Origin: Marine Group I thaumarchaeote | GTDB lineage: Archaea; Thermoproteota; Nitrososphaeria; Nitrososphaerales; Nitrosopumilaceae | Direction: 5' to 3' | NCBI GenBank assembly: GCA_044358425.1 | Contig: CP054849.1 | Coordinates: forward strand, 1,012,622 to 1,054,297 | DNA: 41,676 nt | Shown: one piece after another, positions 41,215 through 41,676 of the stretch | Numbering within the stretch: position 1 is the stretch's first letter | Layout of the letters: the number at the start of each line of letters is the position of its first letter | The notes under the pieces: generated by a model | Database searches by the model: none | What the model saw: the letters and a program-made list of their open reading frames with translations, nothing else | Told to the model about the DNA's origin: nothing | Translations under genes and position numbers: made by a program

Positions 41215-41535
41215 ATGTTGAGTGAAAAAGGAAAATATGCAGCAGCTACAGAAAACAGAAGATTTGTGTGGGCCGAAATTATTTGGCCACTAGTTTTAGA
41301 AATTAACGATATTACATTTTCATTAAAACAATTTCAAGAAAAACGTGAAAGAGTCTGTAAGGAAAAAAACACAACAATTACAATTGCATCTAGAGGATTA
41401 GTTTCTCTTGTTCTAAAAGGAATTTTACTAAGAGAAAATGATACGTATTCAATTCATTACAAATTAATCCCGTACATGAGATTAAAAGCAAAATGTGATT
41501 ATGCAACAGCCATTCACGAAGTTAGAATAAAATAA
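41215..41535 (+). CDS. Hypothetical protein, possibly winged-helix
   Basis: MLSEKG...ASRGLVSLVLKGILLRENDTYSI resembles a wHTH recognition helix and wing; ATG 41215 avoids the overlap. Confidence 0.65.
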   Translation: MLSEKGKYAAATENRRFVWAEIIWPLVLEINDITFSLKQFQEKRERVCKEKNTTITIASRGLVSLVLKGILLRENDTYSIHYKLIPYMRLKAKCDYATAIHEVRIK

Positions 41536-41542
41536 TTACCAG

Positions 41543-41630
41543 TAGCCCGAGGCAGATTCGAACTGCCGTCTCCGCCTATCCACTCTTGAGATCCAGAGGG
41601 CAGAATCCTTGACCACTAGACTATCGGGCT
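41543..41630 (-). tRNA. tRNA-Gln(CUG) with a 15-nt intron at 37/38 (41578-41592); CCA not encoded
   Basis: AGCCCGA/TCGGGCT acceptor stem with A1-U72, CTGCC-CT-CTG-G-[intron]-A-GGCGG, GGCAG-TTCGAAT-CTGCC. Confidence 0.95.
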
Positions 41631-41676
41631 ACTTGATAGAAATTCAAGTAATTTAGAATATAATGATTTGGTGAAA

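Noticed and set aside
41541-41633. 10-bp inverted repeat around tRNA-Gln
   Set aside because: Seven bp are the acceptor stem; the 3-bp extension is unremarkable.

Overview
AT-rich archaeal chromosomal window whose gene content and order point to a marine ammonia-oxidising archaeon (Nitrosopumilus-like Nitrososphaerota). This placement is an inference from the proteins, not a database match. It is mostly core genes: two isopropylmalate/homoaconitate dehydratase large subunits plus one small subunit, cofE, a 2-oxoacid:ferredoxin oxidoreductase, the distal spc block (uL18-uS5-uL30-uL15-secY-adk-EMC3-cmk-cbf5), argF-ftsY-pfdA, sod, an S8 protease, pckA, eL32-eL19, secE-spt5-uL11, uL1-uL10, P1, alaS, leuS and two intron-containing tRNAs (Ser-GGA, Gln-CUG). 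Four ORFs absent from the supplied track were read by hand: partial leuC, secE, a 47-aa Cys-rich microprotein and a 29-aa basic peptide. The most unusual signal is in the ~1 kb accessory patch after leuS. It holds a three-unit array (period 42-43 nt, 39198-39321) in which each unit is a hairpin with near-invariant CTTAAGATC/GATGASAG boxes but variable, compensating stems. A TATA box and an oligo-T terminator frame it on the minus strand, directly upstream of an orphan membrane-anchored protein gene. It is a candidate undescribed repeat ncRNA system.
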